NCBI RefSeq assembly: GCF_018350175.1
Contig: NC_058368.1
Coordinates: 31,622,001-31,686,000, forward strand
Direction of reading: 5' to 3'
Length of the DNA: 64,000 bases
Source: Felis catus
Lineage: Eukaryota
Shown here: in pieces, positions 24,965 through 37,499 of the stretch
Layout of the letters: each line of letters starts with the position of its first letter
Position numbering within the stretch: position 1 is the stretch's first letter
Notes under the pieces: generated by a model
The model's input: the letters and a program-made list of their open reading frames with translations, nothing else
The model's database searches: none
Told to the model about the DNA's origin: nothing
Translations under genes and position numbers: made by a program

Positions 24965-25880
24965 TCTTACTGAGGTTTAATTGAAGTACAATAGATCACA
25001 CACATTTAGAGAGTACAATTTGATCAGTCTTAACCTATGTGCACACCACAATCAGGAAAATGAACATCTCTAGCGGCCTCAAAAGTTTTCTTGTAACCTT
25101 TACAATCCCTCAACCCACTACCCTACAGAACTGCTGCTCTACTTTCTTTCATTATAAATGTTAATGATTAACATTTCCGTACATTTCTACAAATGAATCA
25201 TGCTGTATACGCTCTTTTTGTGCCTGGCTTCTTTCACTCAGCTACTTATTTTAAGATTCCTCCACGTTGTGGTGTACATCAGTAGTCCATTCCTCCTTAT
25301 TGCTGAGTGGTATTCCATGGAATGGATGTAAAATATATCTTAATACATATTTTTAGGATATATCTTAGAAATATTTTATGTAAACATCCATAAATCTACC
25401 TGATTATTTTGTATTGGCTCCATAGTATTAAATAGCACGAAGGTATCATTAAAATCATATGGTGCTACAATAAACTTAGTACACGAATTTTTGCATGTGA
25501 ATACTTCCATAGAATAAATCTTGATAAGTGGAAGGCCTATCTCAAATGATATATCCAATTGAATTTAGATAGATATTGTAATATGACTTCCAGGGGCCCC
25601 CCCGGGTGGCTCAGTCGGTTAAGCCTCCCACTCTTGATTTTGGTTCAGGTCATGATCTCACGGTTCTGAGTTCAAGGCCCGAATCAGGCTCCATGCTGAC
25701 AGTGCAGGGCCTGGTTGGGATTTTCTCCTTCTCTTTGCCCCTCCCCCCCCCAAAAATAAACAAGTAAACTTAAAAAAAAGATATTGTAATATGACCTCCA
25801 AAAAACATCCAACAATATGCATTATAACCAGTTTTGCATTGGTATTGTGTACTCTTGCCTCTAAAGGGATAATAGCCAGA
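24965..25880 (-). mobile_element. Old L1M 3' fragment, interrupted by a SINE
   Basis: tgcctggcttctttcactcagc..ttttaagattcctccacgttgtggtgtacatcagtagtccattcctccttattgctgagtggtattccat is a typical L1M 3' region. Confidence 0.8.
25593..25778 (+). mobile_element. Can-SINE
   Basis: SINE head and body; 22-bp TSD with one mismatch, agatattgtaatatgac(t/c)tcca, at 25571-25592 and 25779-25800. Confidence 0.95.
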
Positions 25881-28800
25881 GTCCTTATAGTCATGCAGAT
25901 GCATTCATGGCACTGTAGGGCACAGGATCAAACAAAATGCAATCCAAAGAATGAGGCAGGGGAGTGTTTTCATTCTTTTGAAAAGATTGAAATCGAAACT
26001 CTAATGAAATACAATGGAATTTTAGCACTATGATGATCAATATCAGTTATGTTTATAAAAATGTACTAAGTACATTATGTTTATAAAATGTTTATAAAAT
26101 ATCAAAAGTTTATTAAAATGTACTAAAGTACTAAGAAGTTCTCAAGTATCCTCTGAATATTCGAAGGCATTTAATAATAGTTTAACTTGTTAAAACAAGT
26201 TAAACAATATTAAAATATTCAGGGCATTTAAAATATTTTAAAAATTCTTTTGGAAACCACATACAATTGGATTCATTTAAATTACTTGGGTTAGCCAAAC
26301 TTCTTTACTTATTTGTCCATCTAGTGAAATAATTGTTTTTGACACATTCTTAATAGTTCTTCCTATGTGTTTTTTATTATGCCTTCTCTCTCTCTCTCTG
26401 TCTCTCTCTGCCCCTCTGTCTCTCTGTCTCTCCCTCTCTCTCACGTTAGGACCATGAGGAAGTACCCTGCTTTGTGGATAAGTTTTCTAAGACTTGTGTT
26501 CTGTTTAGAGTAGTCCAACAGGCTTGACAGTGTTCCACTCCCCCTTTGATAACAAAATGACGAACTAATTAAAAGTACAGAATAAAAAAGGCATTCACTC
26601 CTTATATTGCTTTTTTCTGTTGGTACAGGAAATATGTGGTTTTCCCAGTGCACTATTCTCAGTAGCATTTGGGTGGGTCAGCAATCAGTGGTCTTTGTTT
26701 TGTGGTTTTTCACAGCAATACATTATATGAAGAGATAGACTCAGTTCTAATTCCTTACCCTTTCTCCAAGTTTTATAACTAAATAACCTTTTTAAATAAA
26801 ATATTGCAACAGTCCTGCATTTTGAGGATGAAAGTGCTGTTTTCTAAAAGGTCAATTCAATCTGGGAAATGTTTTCAGTTTAGACAATACATTATACACT
26901 GTAGAAACCCATGGCAATTTTCAGCACCACTAACAACGGGAAGTAAATTTCAGTCATTCACAGTAAGATGGCAATGTGGTGACATTTGAAGCCTGGACGT
27001 GGGCTCTTACATTCATTGTAGGTGACTGACTGCTGTGTGGCAGAGGCCTTTTCCGACTGCAGATGAATTCTAGATATAAATGAAAAAGATGATCAGAACG
27101 ATTTACAAAATGAGTGAGACCCCATCATCTGAGTGACAATATTCTTCTTTTACAGCAGGCACGGATTAAAATACATCAAATTAATAAATCCCTAGGAAAC
27201 CAATAATATCACATTTGCTGAACAATTGTATCTTCTGGTAGTTATTATCTTTGAATTACAGTGAGCCACTATCTTTGTTTCATTTTCCAGATATATGTCC
27301 TTGTCCATCAAAAACTATGACAGTTGTGCTACACAGTCAAGCAATAAATTTATGAAACATCTCTCTGAAGTGCATGCTTGTTTCATAATCCTGATTCCAT
27401 ATCTTTATTTACTTCAAAATATATGGAACTGTCAGCATGAGGGTCAGAAGATTATAGCACTTTCTTTGTTTCTTTGCTAGTGTTTTTATTTAACTTGAAA
27501 AATAAGCTGCAGCACCAAGGGAGCGATGAAATAAAGGATATATAGATTCACAATGGCATAAGAATGGTAAACATAGAACTACAGATAAACCGTAAGAAAG
27601 ATCTTTGTATCAAATCATAAAAAAAAAAATGTTTACTTCAGTAACTCACTCACACAGGTAACCCATACAGGTAACTCACACACCATCTTTATTGAAACCT
27701 GTAGAATATATGAAATGATACCCAAGAGCTTTAACATAAACAGAAAAAGTTTCTCATCTTTCTGAAAATGTCTCATAGTGCCTGGCTTTTGACCTTAAGA
27801 CATCGTGTACTGTGAGTATGATTCTCTTTTATAGTTAGTGATGGACTAATTTAACATTTAATCTACCTGCGCTTAAAAACAGCAAACCTCGTGGGGTAGC
27901 ACATTGCTTTAAAAGGCGTGGAAAAGTTATAAATAAGTAAGTTGGCAATTGTAAATTCAAGAGAAACACCTTATGAAGCCAACAAAACAGGCATACAAAT
28001 GGGCATCAACAGCACATTTTTACTATAGAGTGCTCTGATTTGGAACTGCTTACCATTTTAGAGTTCAAAATACCCTTCAGCTTAATGCCATCAATTAAGA
28101 AAGCATATCTTTTTTTAATTTCCTTCATATATATGATATTGCATGAATTAAATATGTTGAAATCAATTTAATGACATGCTAAATTCTAGGGATGATCAAA
28201 ACATATCAAATCTACATTTCTATGATTGATTTCTATAAATATTTGATGGGGTGGGGGGACCAGGGTATATTTGTTGTTTTCTGTTACTTGATTTAAAATA
28301 CTGCTGTCATTATCCATATTTTAGAAATATGCAACTATGGCTTCTGATTTTTCATTTCAAATATAAATCTGTATAATATTTTTACCAATCTTTTATTCGT
28401 CTATACAATTTTCAAAAAATATTGGCTTTTAGAATTTGTCAAGGATTTCCATAACAAGAGTAAGTACATTAAATATCCTTCAGACTCCTCTCATAATGTA
28501 TCAGCATTTCCCTAGGACCAAAGAGAGTTATTCAATTTCTTGGAGCCTTGGTTTGTAAAGAATCTGGTTCACAACCTTATTATCTGGCTTCACCACTTAC
28601 ATTATGTTCCACATCTTTGGGGAAGTTCTGTTGGGCATTCAATACACTTAGAGGTGAGTATAATTTTCATTCACAAGCAAAGCACAAATATGAAATGCCT
28701 TGAGGCTCTTTGTTCTCCACAGTTAGAACTAAGTAAAGTGTTCAGAGAGTCTTATGGGACTTTCAGGTCAAAGCTTCACTGATAATATTTTCTGAGCAAA

Positions 28801-28921
28801 ATGCAATTGGTTCAGGAGCACTTACCACTACTCCTAATTAATCGTGACCTTTTGCTCCATTTTTACTAATCAGTTATATTATTCTCCATAGGTTAGTCCT
28901 ACCATTTGAACATTTCTAGTA

Positions 28922-29481
28922 TGCAATGGTCTGAATGTTTGTGTCCTCCCAAAATTTATATGTTAAAACCTAATGTCCAAGGGGCGCCGGAGTGGCTTGG
29001 TGGGTTAAAAGTCCGACTCTTGGTTTCAGCTCAGGTCATAATCTCACGGTTCATGAGATCAAGCCCAGCAGTCAGGCTCTGTGCTAACAATGTGGAGCCT
29101 GCTTGGGATTCTCTGTCTCCCTCCCTACACCCCTCCCTGCTCTCTCTCTCTCTCAAAATAAATAAATGAATTTAAAAAACAAAACAAAACAACAACTGAT
29201 GCCCAAAGTGAGGATATCAGGAGGTGGAGCCTTTGGGAGGTGATTAGATCTTAAGGAAATGGAATTAGTATCCTTATTAAAAAGGCCCAAGGAAAGTCCC
29301 TTCCCCTTCTACTGCGTGAGAACACAAGGAAAAGTCTGTAACCTGGAAGGGACCCCTCACCAGGCAATGCTGGTGCTCTGAGCTTAGACTTTCAACTTCC
29401 AAAACTGTGGGACATAAATTTATGCTATTGATAAGCTACCCTGTTGTTATTTTGGTGTAGGAGCCTGAACAGACTAAGACA
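28922..29481 (+). mobile_element. MaLR LTR (MLT1A-like), split by a SINE
   Basis: Starts tgcaatggtctgaatgtttgtgtcctcccaaaatt, contains gcctttgggaggtgattagatc, ends gcctgaacagactaagaca. Confidence 0.88.
28981..29190 (+). mobile_element. Can-SINE inserted in MLT1
   Basis: ggggcgccggagtggct head, A-rich tail; degenerate TSD aacctaatgtccaa / aactgatgcccaa. Confidence 0.93.
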
Positions 29482-29861
29482 GTTAGATAACTAACTAGCA
29501 TTTAAGGCTTAATGAAATGCAAAGAGAGCTAATGACTCTTATTTCCCCTCTTCTAGTCCCTCTGCTCTTTCTGAAGATTGAATTTATCATGCCACCCTTC
29601 AATTTAAGACTCTCCAGCCGATCTTCATCATACTTAAAATAAAACCCAAAGTGTTATTGGTGAAGAGTATCTCTCTCACCTCTCTCCCCGGTCTCTCATT
29701 CACTGTACTCCACCCTGGCTTTTCTGTGCTTAAACACATGGAGTGGTCTCACCTTTCAGGACATTTGTAATTGTTCTTTTTAGAGCAGCTACTCAAGTCA
29801 CCCTCTCTCACATTACATTTTATCTTTTATTAGCATATATCTGTACTTAGCACTATGTCTT

Positions 29862-30090
29862 TAAAAAATTTTTTTGTGTTTATTTATTTTTGAGAGAGAG
29901 AGAGAGAGAGACAGAGTGCAAGCAGGGGAGGGTCAGAGAGAGCAGGGAGACACAGAATCCAAAGCAGGCTCCAGGCTCTGAGCTGTCAGCACAGAGTCCA
30001 ACATGGGGCTCAAACTCACGAACTGAACCGTGAGATCATGATCTGAGCCCGAAGTCATACGCTCCACAGACTGATCCACCCAGGAGCCCC
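29862..30090 (-). mobile_element. Can-SINE inserted in an L2 fragment
   Basis: Reverse SINE; TSD agcactatgtctt / agtactgtgtctt. Confidence 0.94.
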
Positions 30091-30782
30091 AGTACTGTGT
30101 CTTAATAGATTATTTAAAAGACATATGAACTTCTTGAAATCAGCAGTTTGGTCTGTTACACTCTAAGTTGCTTTTCTAATACTTAGAAGATGGTGAGTAA
30201 ATATTTGTTTACTGAATGATTAATTCACAAAATTAATCTTGGGGCCATTTGGGAAAAGAACTATTTGTCTTCGAAAGCATTGCCCATGTTCCATTTTAGG
30301 AAACTAGTAGATTCAAGGGAAAGCCTATGGAATTGAGGAATGTACTATGTTGGCAAAGTTGCATGTACATCTCTATGGAAAAACTACTTTGTAGTAAGAG
30401 GAGCTAAAAGTGTTAAATTGTTAATTCCTTTCTCAAAATGTCATTACTGCTTGCAGTGATGAACTTGAGTTTTTAAAATAATAAACAAAGTAAAATATCT
30501 TGTTCAATGGAAAATAAGTGTTTTAAGAAATAAGTTAAATTAAGCAAAGAGGAAAAACACCTTTATGTCTTCCATCTGAGCTAAAGAATGTATTGATACT
30601 TGTAACTTTTAGAAACTATTATTTTTAAATTTCTGATATTCTCAACAACATGATTAATTATACAATCTTAAGTTAAAGCTGTATAAACACCTATCTATTT
30701 AAAACTTGTTTGTTTTTAATAGTAAAAATATTGCTACTGAAGGAGATATTTTCAAAGGAAAAATAAAATTATTACGTAAACA

Positions 30783-31541
30783 TGTCAGCGCAAAAAGGGT
30801 GTGCCTTCGCTCTTGGCACTCATGCAGTAAGGAGTTAGAGATTGCTCCCCAAAGTTAAAAGAGTTTTATTAAAGACAGTACAGGGCCACCTGCGTGGCTC
30901 AGTGAGCTAAGTGTGACTTCAGCTCAGGTCATGATCTCATGTTCCACAAGTTTGAGCCCCATGTCAGGCTCTGTGCTGACCACTCAGAGCTTGGAGCCTG
31001 CTTCAGATTCTGTGTCTCCCTCTCTCTATGCCCCTCCCCTGCTCATGCTCTGTCTCTCTCTCTCGCTCAAAAATAAATAAAAATATTTAAAAAAAAAATT
31101 TTTCCCACAACGTGGGAGAGCAGACAGCCCCAGAGGATTCTTTCCTTTTACATGAGCAGGGTCTCGTGTCACAGAGAGAGTGGTCTCTAATGGAGGCTAC
31201 TTCCAATCATTTGGGGGCACTCCTCCCACAGGTGGGGAGGGAGAGTTTTTGGCTCTACAAAGTTTATACCGGAACCATCATGGCCACCTTCCTCCATGGA
31301 GGGTGGGTAATAACCCCCATGCAAATCCATTACAATGAGTCTAGGGGTTACTCTGGGGCAAGAGGTGAAAGAGGAGACTGCATACTCTGCCACTGTGCTC
31401 TTGGTCTGTCAGCCCTCATGTCTTGGAAGCCACAAGGATGTTGTGCTCTCAGGATTCTAAGGTGATACCCATTTATCACCATCCTTGCCTCCAACTTATG
31501 TCTAATTTAGTGCCTACTCTACCCTTCCCCCTTCCAGGACA
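30783..31541 (-). mobile_element. Solo ERV LTR (class I-like), interrupted by a SINE
   Basis: Minus strand ends ...aataaaactc...gcgctgaca (poly(A) signal from + strand tttatt at 30865-30870, terminal CA at 30783). GC-richer U3-like body with CAAT-like gattgg. The 5' boundary (tgtcctgg at 31541) is uncertain and I confirmed no TSD. Confidence 0.65.
30883..31098 (+). mobile_element. Can-SINE
   Basis: gggccacctgcgtggctcag head, CT body, A tail. Confidence 0.94.
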
Positions 31542-32281
31542 TGGGACTCTAATTTTTCAGGTCAAGGGATGAAGTTTCCTCAGAACATTTCTTCCACTGC
31601 TCATATCTAGCATCTTTCTAACAAACATATTATATACTAGATAAAATATGTTGTTGACTTTTTGTGCCTAAAATCCTCTTGTCCGTCTTTCTAATAACTT
31701 CATTATGAATCTCTTTTGAAATGTAGCTGTCTTACTTATCATAGTCTATCTGCATGAAATTTTCGATGTAGCTCTAGAGCAAATCTTGTTATACTGAGAC
31801 TTTTAAAAGATGGGTAGTGTGATGAGAATGTCTAATCTGTATTTATAACACTGTATGTATAATACCATATATGCATTGCATTTAGGTGGTAGTCTAGCAC
31901 ATATTAAACAGTGTTATGTAGGTAAATAATATGTATAATCCTTTCTACATAGAAAAATAATTGAACTGAAAACACATTAATCTCTGTACTGAAATGAAGC
32001 AAGTATTTCATTTTAACATAAATAAAATCATACTTAAAGTTCCAGCTAGATGAATTTAAAGTGCTGAGTATGTTCAATTCAAAAAATTATCTGTGTTTGA
32101 GCCTAAAGCGTTTTCAGTAGATCCCATATTGGACAAAACTCTGTAATCTTTATACCAGTGCTTCTTGGTATTTTGATCATTTGAAAGGACATGACATATA
32201 TTGATAGTACCAATCAAATTGTCACCGTTGACTAAATAACTAAATTCAATAGTGTTTTTGTTGTTAAAGAAGATTTCTGCT

Positions 32282-32484
32282 GGGGCGCCTGGGTGGCGCA
32301 GTCGGTTAAGCGTCCGACTTCAGCCAGGTCACGATCTCGCGGTCCGTGAGTTCAAGCCCCGCGTCGGGCTCTGGGCTGATGGCTCAGAGCCTGGAGCCTG
32401 TTTCCGATTCTGTGTCTCCCTCTCTCTCTGCCCCTCCCCCGTTCATGCTCTGTCTCTCTCTGTCCCAAAAATAAATAAACGTTG
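32282..32484 (+). mobile_element. Young Can-SINE lacking a poly(A) tail
   Basis: CpG-intact head ggggcgcctgggtggcgcagtcgg; perfect 15-bp TSD aagaagatttctgct at 32267-32281 and 32485-32499. Confidence 0.97.
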
Positions 32485-33180
32485 AAGAAGATTTCTGCTA
32501 ACACATTATTATTTAGTAACCATACAAGAAGCATTAATCATAACCTGTATTATTTCTCAGTGTCAGCTCAGAATCTGTTCCTGTTATTAAATAATCCAGA
32601 CATTTTCCTTTACCCAGCGAAACCTTACTCTGATCTTACCTTAAGCCTCACGTCACTTTCTGAATTTACTGCTTTTTGCTTCAAGGACTCTGTGACAATG
32701 AACTAGTGAGGGGCTTCAATTGTCCATTATAGAAACTGACATCAACCTCTACTCACCAGCTATCAGTTGTATTTTATTAGACAAGTTGAGTACCAACTAT
32801 TTGGTCTTTCATCTATCTTGACCCTAGTAATACCATGATCTATTAGCCACTGCCGCAGATCTGTGTGGATGTAGACACTGATTGTCATTGTGGCTTTAAT
32901 GCCTATTATAGCAATCATGGATCCTTTGTCTCTGATAGTTAAGTGATAGGGATGCTAAGGTGTTTTTGTTTTTGCTTTCTACCCTCTACTATAGGTAACT
33001 CCAGGTTACCAAGGTCAGTTACCACTGTGCTTCTCAAAAATGCCAGCTCCTCCATTCCCTCCATTAGTATACTCGATACTGGATTTCTCCAGGGATATAT
33101 TCTGAATCCTCACAAGAGAACATATTCATATGGTGCCTATTCAAATGGGATCTTTCATAAAAAATCAATTCTGATATGCT

Positions 33181-33280
33181 TTATTTTTTAACATAAGCTC
33201 TATGCCCAACATGGAGCTTGAACTCATGACCCCGAGATCAAGAGTTGCATGCTCTACCAACTGAGCCAGCCAGGCACCCT
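33181..33280 (-). mobile_element. Short old Can-SINE
   Basis: gcttgaactcatgaccccgagatcaagagttgcatgctctaccaactgagccagccaggcaccc; TSD caattctgatatgctt / caattctaatattctt. Confidence 0.9.
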
Positions 33281-33479
33281 CAATTCTAATATTCTTATAT
33301 TTTTTAGACTTCCTGTACACCTTATAATTTGCCAAAAATATCTGGATCTCTCTCCTAATTCACCATGGTTCATTGTCCCTCTGAGGTTTCAGAGAGCCAT
33401 TCAAAAATACATTAAGACCAATTTAGGTCTCCATGCCAGACCTCTAGATTCTGAATCCTGTTTACATGCTCCCACATTC

Positions 33480-34540
33480 ATAAAACTTCTGTCAGGCCTT
33501 AAATTCTTTGTCTCGTGGTGCAACGGCCTCGTGATCCAATCCCAAATATATTTACAGGGTTACTGATGATACATTTTGGTTAGGTCCTGAATTTCCTTCA
33601 ACATGTGGGCTCTTTCTCTCAGAGCTCTGATTCTGCAAAGACCTTACCCTTGTCATGAAACCAGAAACACTAGGGGTAGAAATGTAGAATCTGAGCAGAA
33701 CAAAAAATCTCCAGTGAGGTCATGACTTTGGGAGAAGAGAGGTCACTCAAGGTGAAGTGTTCTTCCTGGCTTGAGAGGTTCAGATGATTTGAAGAGCACA
33801 TGAGTTTTGGGCTCAGCCAGTCAAATAGTCCTATATGAAGGATTGAAATCTCCTGGATCTACTTTTTTCCGCCTCCATTAGAGCCCTGACTTAAACATTG
33901 GAGGTTTTTCAAGGCTATATATTAAGTTTCTTTTGAGGCTCTTTGTAGCTTTGTAAATAATGGGTTCAGTTTTAAGCAGTTTGGCCTGTGCCTGCAAGAA
34001 ATGAGGCAATTTGGAAGTGTCTCCTTCCAAATTGCCCTTTTTCACAGAATATCTTACCTTAGTAGTTGGCTTTCCTGACCATCATATTCCAATTCAGTCA
34101 TAAGCATAGAGCACAATTTATAAATGCCACTGTCTCCATATCATTTAATCACCACGGTTACCTTTCATGATGCTTCCTCTGTCACCTGCAAGCCATGTAA
34201 TTAACCTCAGGCAAAAGCACAGTAATTATGATGTCACTACATGTCAAAGCTTATCACAACCTCACTGACCACCAGCAATTAAGTCCTCATTGCCACTGCA
34301 TTGGTGGGCAATCCAGCTTCGATATTGTACTATGTCCACTCCTATCATGAGTGCCAAGTAGAGTCTGTCATTATCATAAATAGAGAAGCCTGAGAATGGC
34401 AGGCACAGGGTGAGAGCATCATGTGAGGCACTGTGAGTTTGTGCTTTTATAAAGTTTATTAGAACCCTTACATTTGGGAAACAAGTGCAGTTGAGGCAGA
34501 AAGAATATGAAGTGGTGCAAAAGGGGTGCCTGATTCAGTT
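33480..34540 (-). mobile_element. Highly decayed ERV-L gag remnant plus partial LTR
   Basis: Minus-strand QKKLNI*P*KTSNV*VRALM (~33875-33940) resembles recalled ERV-L Gag LQRKLNSQPRQVSYVKVRALIGKEWDP. 34400-34540 resembles an ERV-L LTR end (gtttattag...gggaaacaagtgcag..ggcaga). Confidence 0.5.
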
Positions 34541-36747
34541 ATTATTTCAAAAATATCTTACGAATGTATTTAAAGAGACATGATAATAATATGAGGGATT
34601 TTTCATCTTATAATGTCAAGCGAGGAAAAGCAGATGTGAAATCTTACATATGCTTAATATATATTGAAAATACTAACTGCTATTTTTGTTTCTACCCAAA
34701 TGACCTCATTGTACCTTCACTATCAAAACCATTTCTTGAGCTTATTCTCTCATTGAATTAAAAGCATGCAATATCTCAAAAGCTAACATAAAATAGTCTT
34801 TACAGATATAGCAGGGTCACATTTTTTTGAAAGCTGTGATTTTTGAATTGATACCATGAGTATTTTAAAAATGAAAGTAGCTAAACCCTGAAGGAAGCCA
34901 AATGTAGATTTTGTGCAATTAATAGTAAATAATGGAAAAAACTCAAATTCCTCATTTCAGACTTGATCAACTTCTGGGCTGGAGAAGAAGGAGCCTTAAA
35001 ATGGTAGAAAGAAGTAAAGACATGAAACTGGGCCAAGAAGATAGATAGCTAGAAATACCAGAATGATTCCATAAAGAAGATATGTATCCCCAATGAAGTG
35101 GCCAAAATTTTAAGTTTTGTAATCAGAAAGTAGAAGGTAGCTAGCTATTCAGGCTGAAACTCTCAGGGGCAGCATACCTGAGGCTATTGTCTGTATGTAG
35201 CATGCACCATCTGAAGTTAAAGGAGGGGATCAATTACTAGCAATGTCTCCATATTACTTCCATATTACCGTCTTACCTTCTAACAAGGAAGAATACAGTG
35301 GACAAGGCTTACTAGAGTACCACTTTGTATGTATCTGGGGCCATCTTATGGAAAGTCTCTTGAACTGGGATCGAGAAGCAATGAGTTGTTTTTCCTATTC
35401 AGTTTAAAATGGAATGGGTATGATGTACTATATTATAAAATTTATAGAATCTCTCTCCCCTGGTGAAACAAGACCTAACACGGAATGGGTTATATCTTAA
35501 TAGTTTTCCAGAGAGAATATGGATACCCTCCCTAGTTCTCACCAAACCAATAGTTTGGAGGGTCAAGGGGAAGTTAGATGCTAGCCTACTGAAAAAGAAA
35601 TTGACTTGTCTTACCCAAAAGGGACCAAGTATCAGCCTGAAATAACTATATAAACTTTCTGTCATCAGGCAGAATAGAGGCTAGAGTTAGAAGTGAAAGT
35701 CTGTTAGAAAGAAATAAAAAAATATATATATACAATTATTTCACACTTGAGTTCCCATGAATGTAAAATTCATATTTGCTACATTTGGTAAGATGTCAAC
35801 TATGGAAAAACATGCATATTAAGATATAGGAGAAACTACAATTGAAATCAAGAGGTTGCATTTATATTCCAAATTTCCTAGTGCAAATACGTTCATCTTA
35901 TTATCAGAGGAATGCTTTGTAAAGAACTTTGAATATGATTTTATTTTTTTTCTCTGAAATGTTAGAATGCCTGAGGAATTCAACATGGTTATAAGACTTT
36001 GTGTTAGTTATTTTGGTGCTCCATAAAAAATCTTAACATTTGAGGGCACAAGTAAGTTTAACTTTACACAATTTCAGGACATAAAAATCATGTAAAATTT
36101 ACCAAGCAAGGCCATAGAAGTCCCCACTGGCATGATGGATTTTTATAATGATATAATCTTTAATGAATTATACTCCCATTTAACAAAATTTTAATAAGGA
36201 ATTTCTTTTGCTTGCGTTGTTATTAATTCTCCCATCTGAATTGCCTTGGGCATGTCTGCCATAAAATTGTTCAACATAATATTGCTTTCTGTGTCAATCA
36301 TATAGTACATGTAAATCTCCCAACCATGAATAAAACAAACTTCATTTTCTTCAAAACACATACCTAGCTTTCAGAAAAATATTTGGGTTGAAAATTAAGA
36401 TGTGCTGAAAGAAAACTATGACTTATGTTTAATGGACTAATAGAATTCTGACCATAAATGCATTACCTTATAGTACTTTCTGCCACTTTTAGAAAGGAAG
36501 ATAGATGGAATCTACACTACACTTTTCGCATTAACTCTCCTTTTTGATCATGCATGTGTTAGCTTTAATTTAGCTCAGACTTCTATGAAAGCATTTGTAT
36601 AGTTTCCATTTGCACCAATCACTAAAATAGACCACAGAAGACTGTAAAAGCCCTGCCAATAACAAAAGTGATGATGGAAGAGAAATTTAGGAATCATTTG
36701 TAATCAGCTATTTTCTGAGTCCTAAACTCAGGGAATTTATTATTCCC

Positions 36748-37194
36748 TGTCCAAAGTTCATAATAGACAGAAACAAAACCAACGAATCACATAAGCAGCA
36801 ATTAGTGCAAGTTTATTGTGTACACACCAAAATGACAGTTGGCAGACTGGGAGCATGCAAACCAAAACATGGTTGAGGCTCACAGGTATATTGTTATAAG
36901 GCATCTTTTATAGTGTGAAGGCAGTGAGAGTTTATTTTTTACAGCAATTGGTTACAATATTAGAATTTTCTAAATTGAAAGGGAATTGGTTAGTGGTTAC
37001 TTCATATCAATTTTGGGGAACTATTTAAGTTACAACGCTTATGTTTCAGAGGCATAAGCAAGAAGAGACCCAGGTCAAGTTAACTTCATTTGTCTTGCAA
37101 AATAAGCTAAATTAAGCTTCACTTGTCTGATTAACTGGTTTTGTCTGCTTAGGAAATGTTTAAGTGTGCTCTTCGTTTGTATTTAATTTTAACA
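36748..37194 (-). mobile_element. 3' LTR of a class I ERV (447 bp)
   Basis: Minus strand TGTTAAAA...TTTGGACA (TG...CA), CCAAT-like motifs, TATAAAA (+ strand ttttata ~36906-36912), AATAAA (+ strand tttatt ~36812-36817); directly preceded by a PPT. Confidence 0.88.
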
Positions 37195-37207
37195 ATTTTC
37201 CCCTTTT
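37195..37207 (-). other. Polypurine tract of the ERV
   Basis: Minus strand aaaaggggaaaat immediately 5' of the LTR's TG. Confidence 0.85.
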
Positions 37208-37499
37208 GGTCAAGTTCTCAGCAGGCTGAGTGCATGATCAACCGGTAGCATTGTTCTCAGTTGCCATACTTGATGTGGTCAGGCTGAAGACTGACATATT
37301 AGCTGTTTCCATCTGATCAGTCGGAGGCCCAGGCTGGAGGGCCATGTAGTCACCATCTTCATCATTTGTGTAGTTAATGCGGACTTCATGCAGTTGCCTG
37401 GTCCTTATGGATAGATACCATCTGGTGTGGAAGTGGCTACCGACAGGCATTTAAAACCCTCCAGAGTACACAAAGCACTGGAGAGGTTAATACAGTGAG

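Noticed and set aside
34970..35700. Purine-rich block that might be an ancient Gypsy-like LTR
   Set aside because: I could not identify termini, TSD or diagnostic motifs.
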